Source: Tubiluchus corallicola
Lineage: Eukaryota; Animalia; Priapulida
Direction: 5' to 3'
NCBI GenBank assembly: GCA_030141605.1
Contig: JAQGDQ010000407.1
Span: forward strand, 1-64,000
Length of the DNA: 64,000 nucleotides
Positions 63,777 to 64,000 of this stretch are shown here, in pieces (within the stretch, counting starts at the first letter, position 1; each line of letters begins with the position of its first letter). Position numbers and translations under genes: made by a program. The notes under the pieces are model-generated. The model had not been told where the DNA came from, ran no database searches, and saw only the letters and a list, made by a program, of their open reading frames with translations.

Positions 63777-64000
63777 TTACAATACATTAATTCTTGACTG
63801 CGTACGCGTTTATATTGCTTAAGTAGTTTTTACATTATGGTTAAAAAAATTGCATGTCAAAAATTGAAATTTCAGCTAATTGCCAGCTGAAAAACAGCCA
63901 TGTTGACAAATAAAGTACTCAATACATGACAGCAAAACTATAAAGAAATGAATCACTTTACATGATGGCCTTCACCACAAAAGACATTTGTATAAAGACC

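Overview
AT-rich, microsatellite-dense window from a eukaryotic genome, most likely a bilaterian invertebrate. It holds three host-gene signals. The first is a probable terminal exon of an unknown gene (270-797, +). The second is an intronless type-1 tyramine receptor GPCR (7745-9160, +). The third is a 7-exon secreted pentraxin gene (58131-51975, -, 289 aa) that I reconstructed by hand and that the ORF track only shows in fragments; its first splice donor is repeated five times by a 27-bp minisatellite. The dominant feature is a very young, full-length 8.2-kb Ty3/gypsy LTR retrotransposon (15503-23723, -) of the Gmr1-like type. Its pol order is PR-IN-RT-RH, its Gag has a SCAN-like region and a CCHC knuckle, and it has 1178-bp near-identical LTRs and a tRNA-Leu PBS. 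It inserted into an (ATTGT)n microsatellite. Gag is frameshifted by a 34-bp tandem duplication and is separated from pol by a single in-frame TAA. The rest is repeat-rich intergenic DNA: hAT, pogo and piggyBac MITEs with clean TSDs, long foldback elements, LINE 3' remnants, two copies of a tRNA/5S-like SINE head, 45-bp and 76-bp minisatellites, and many microsatellites. There are no CRISPR arrays and no intact tRNA or rRNA genes. All calls come from reading the sequence by eye; no database search was run.
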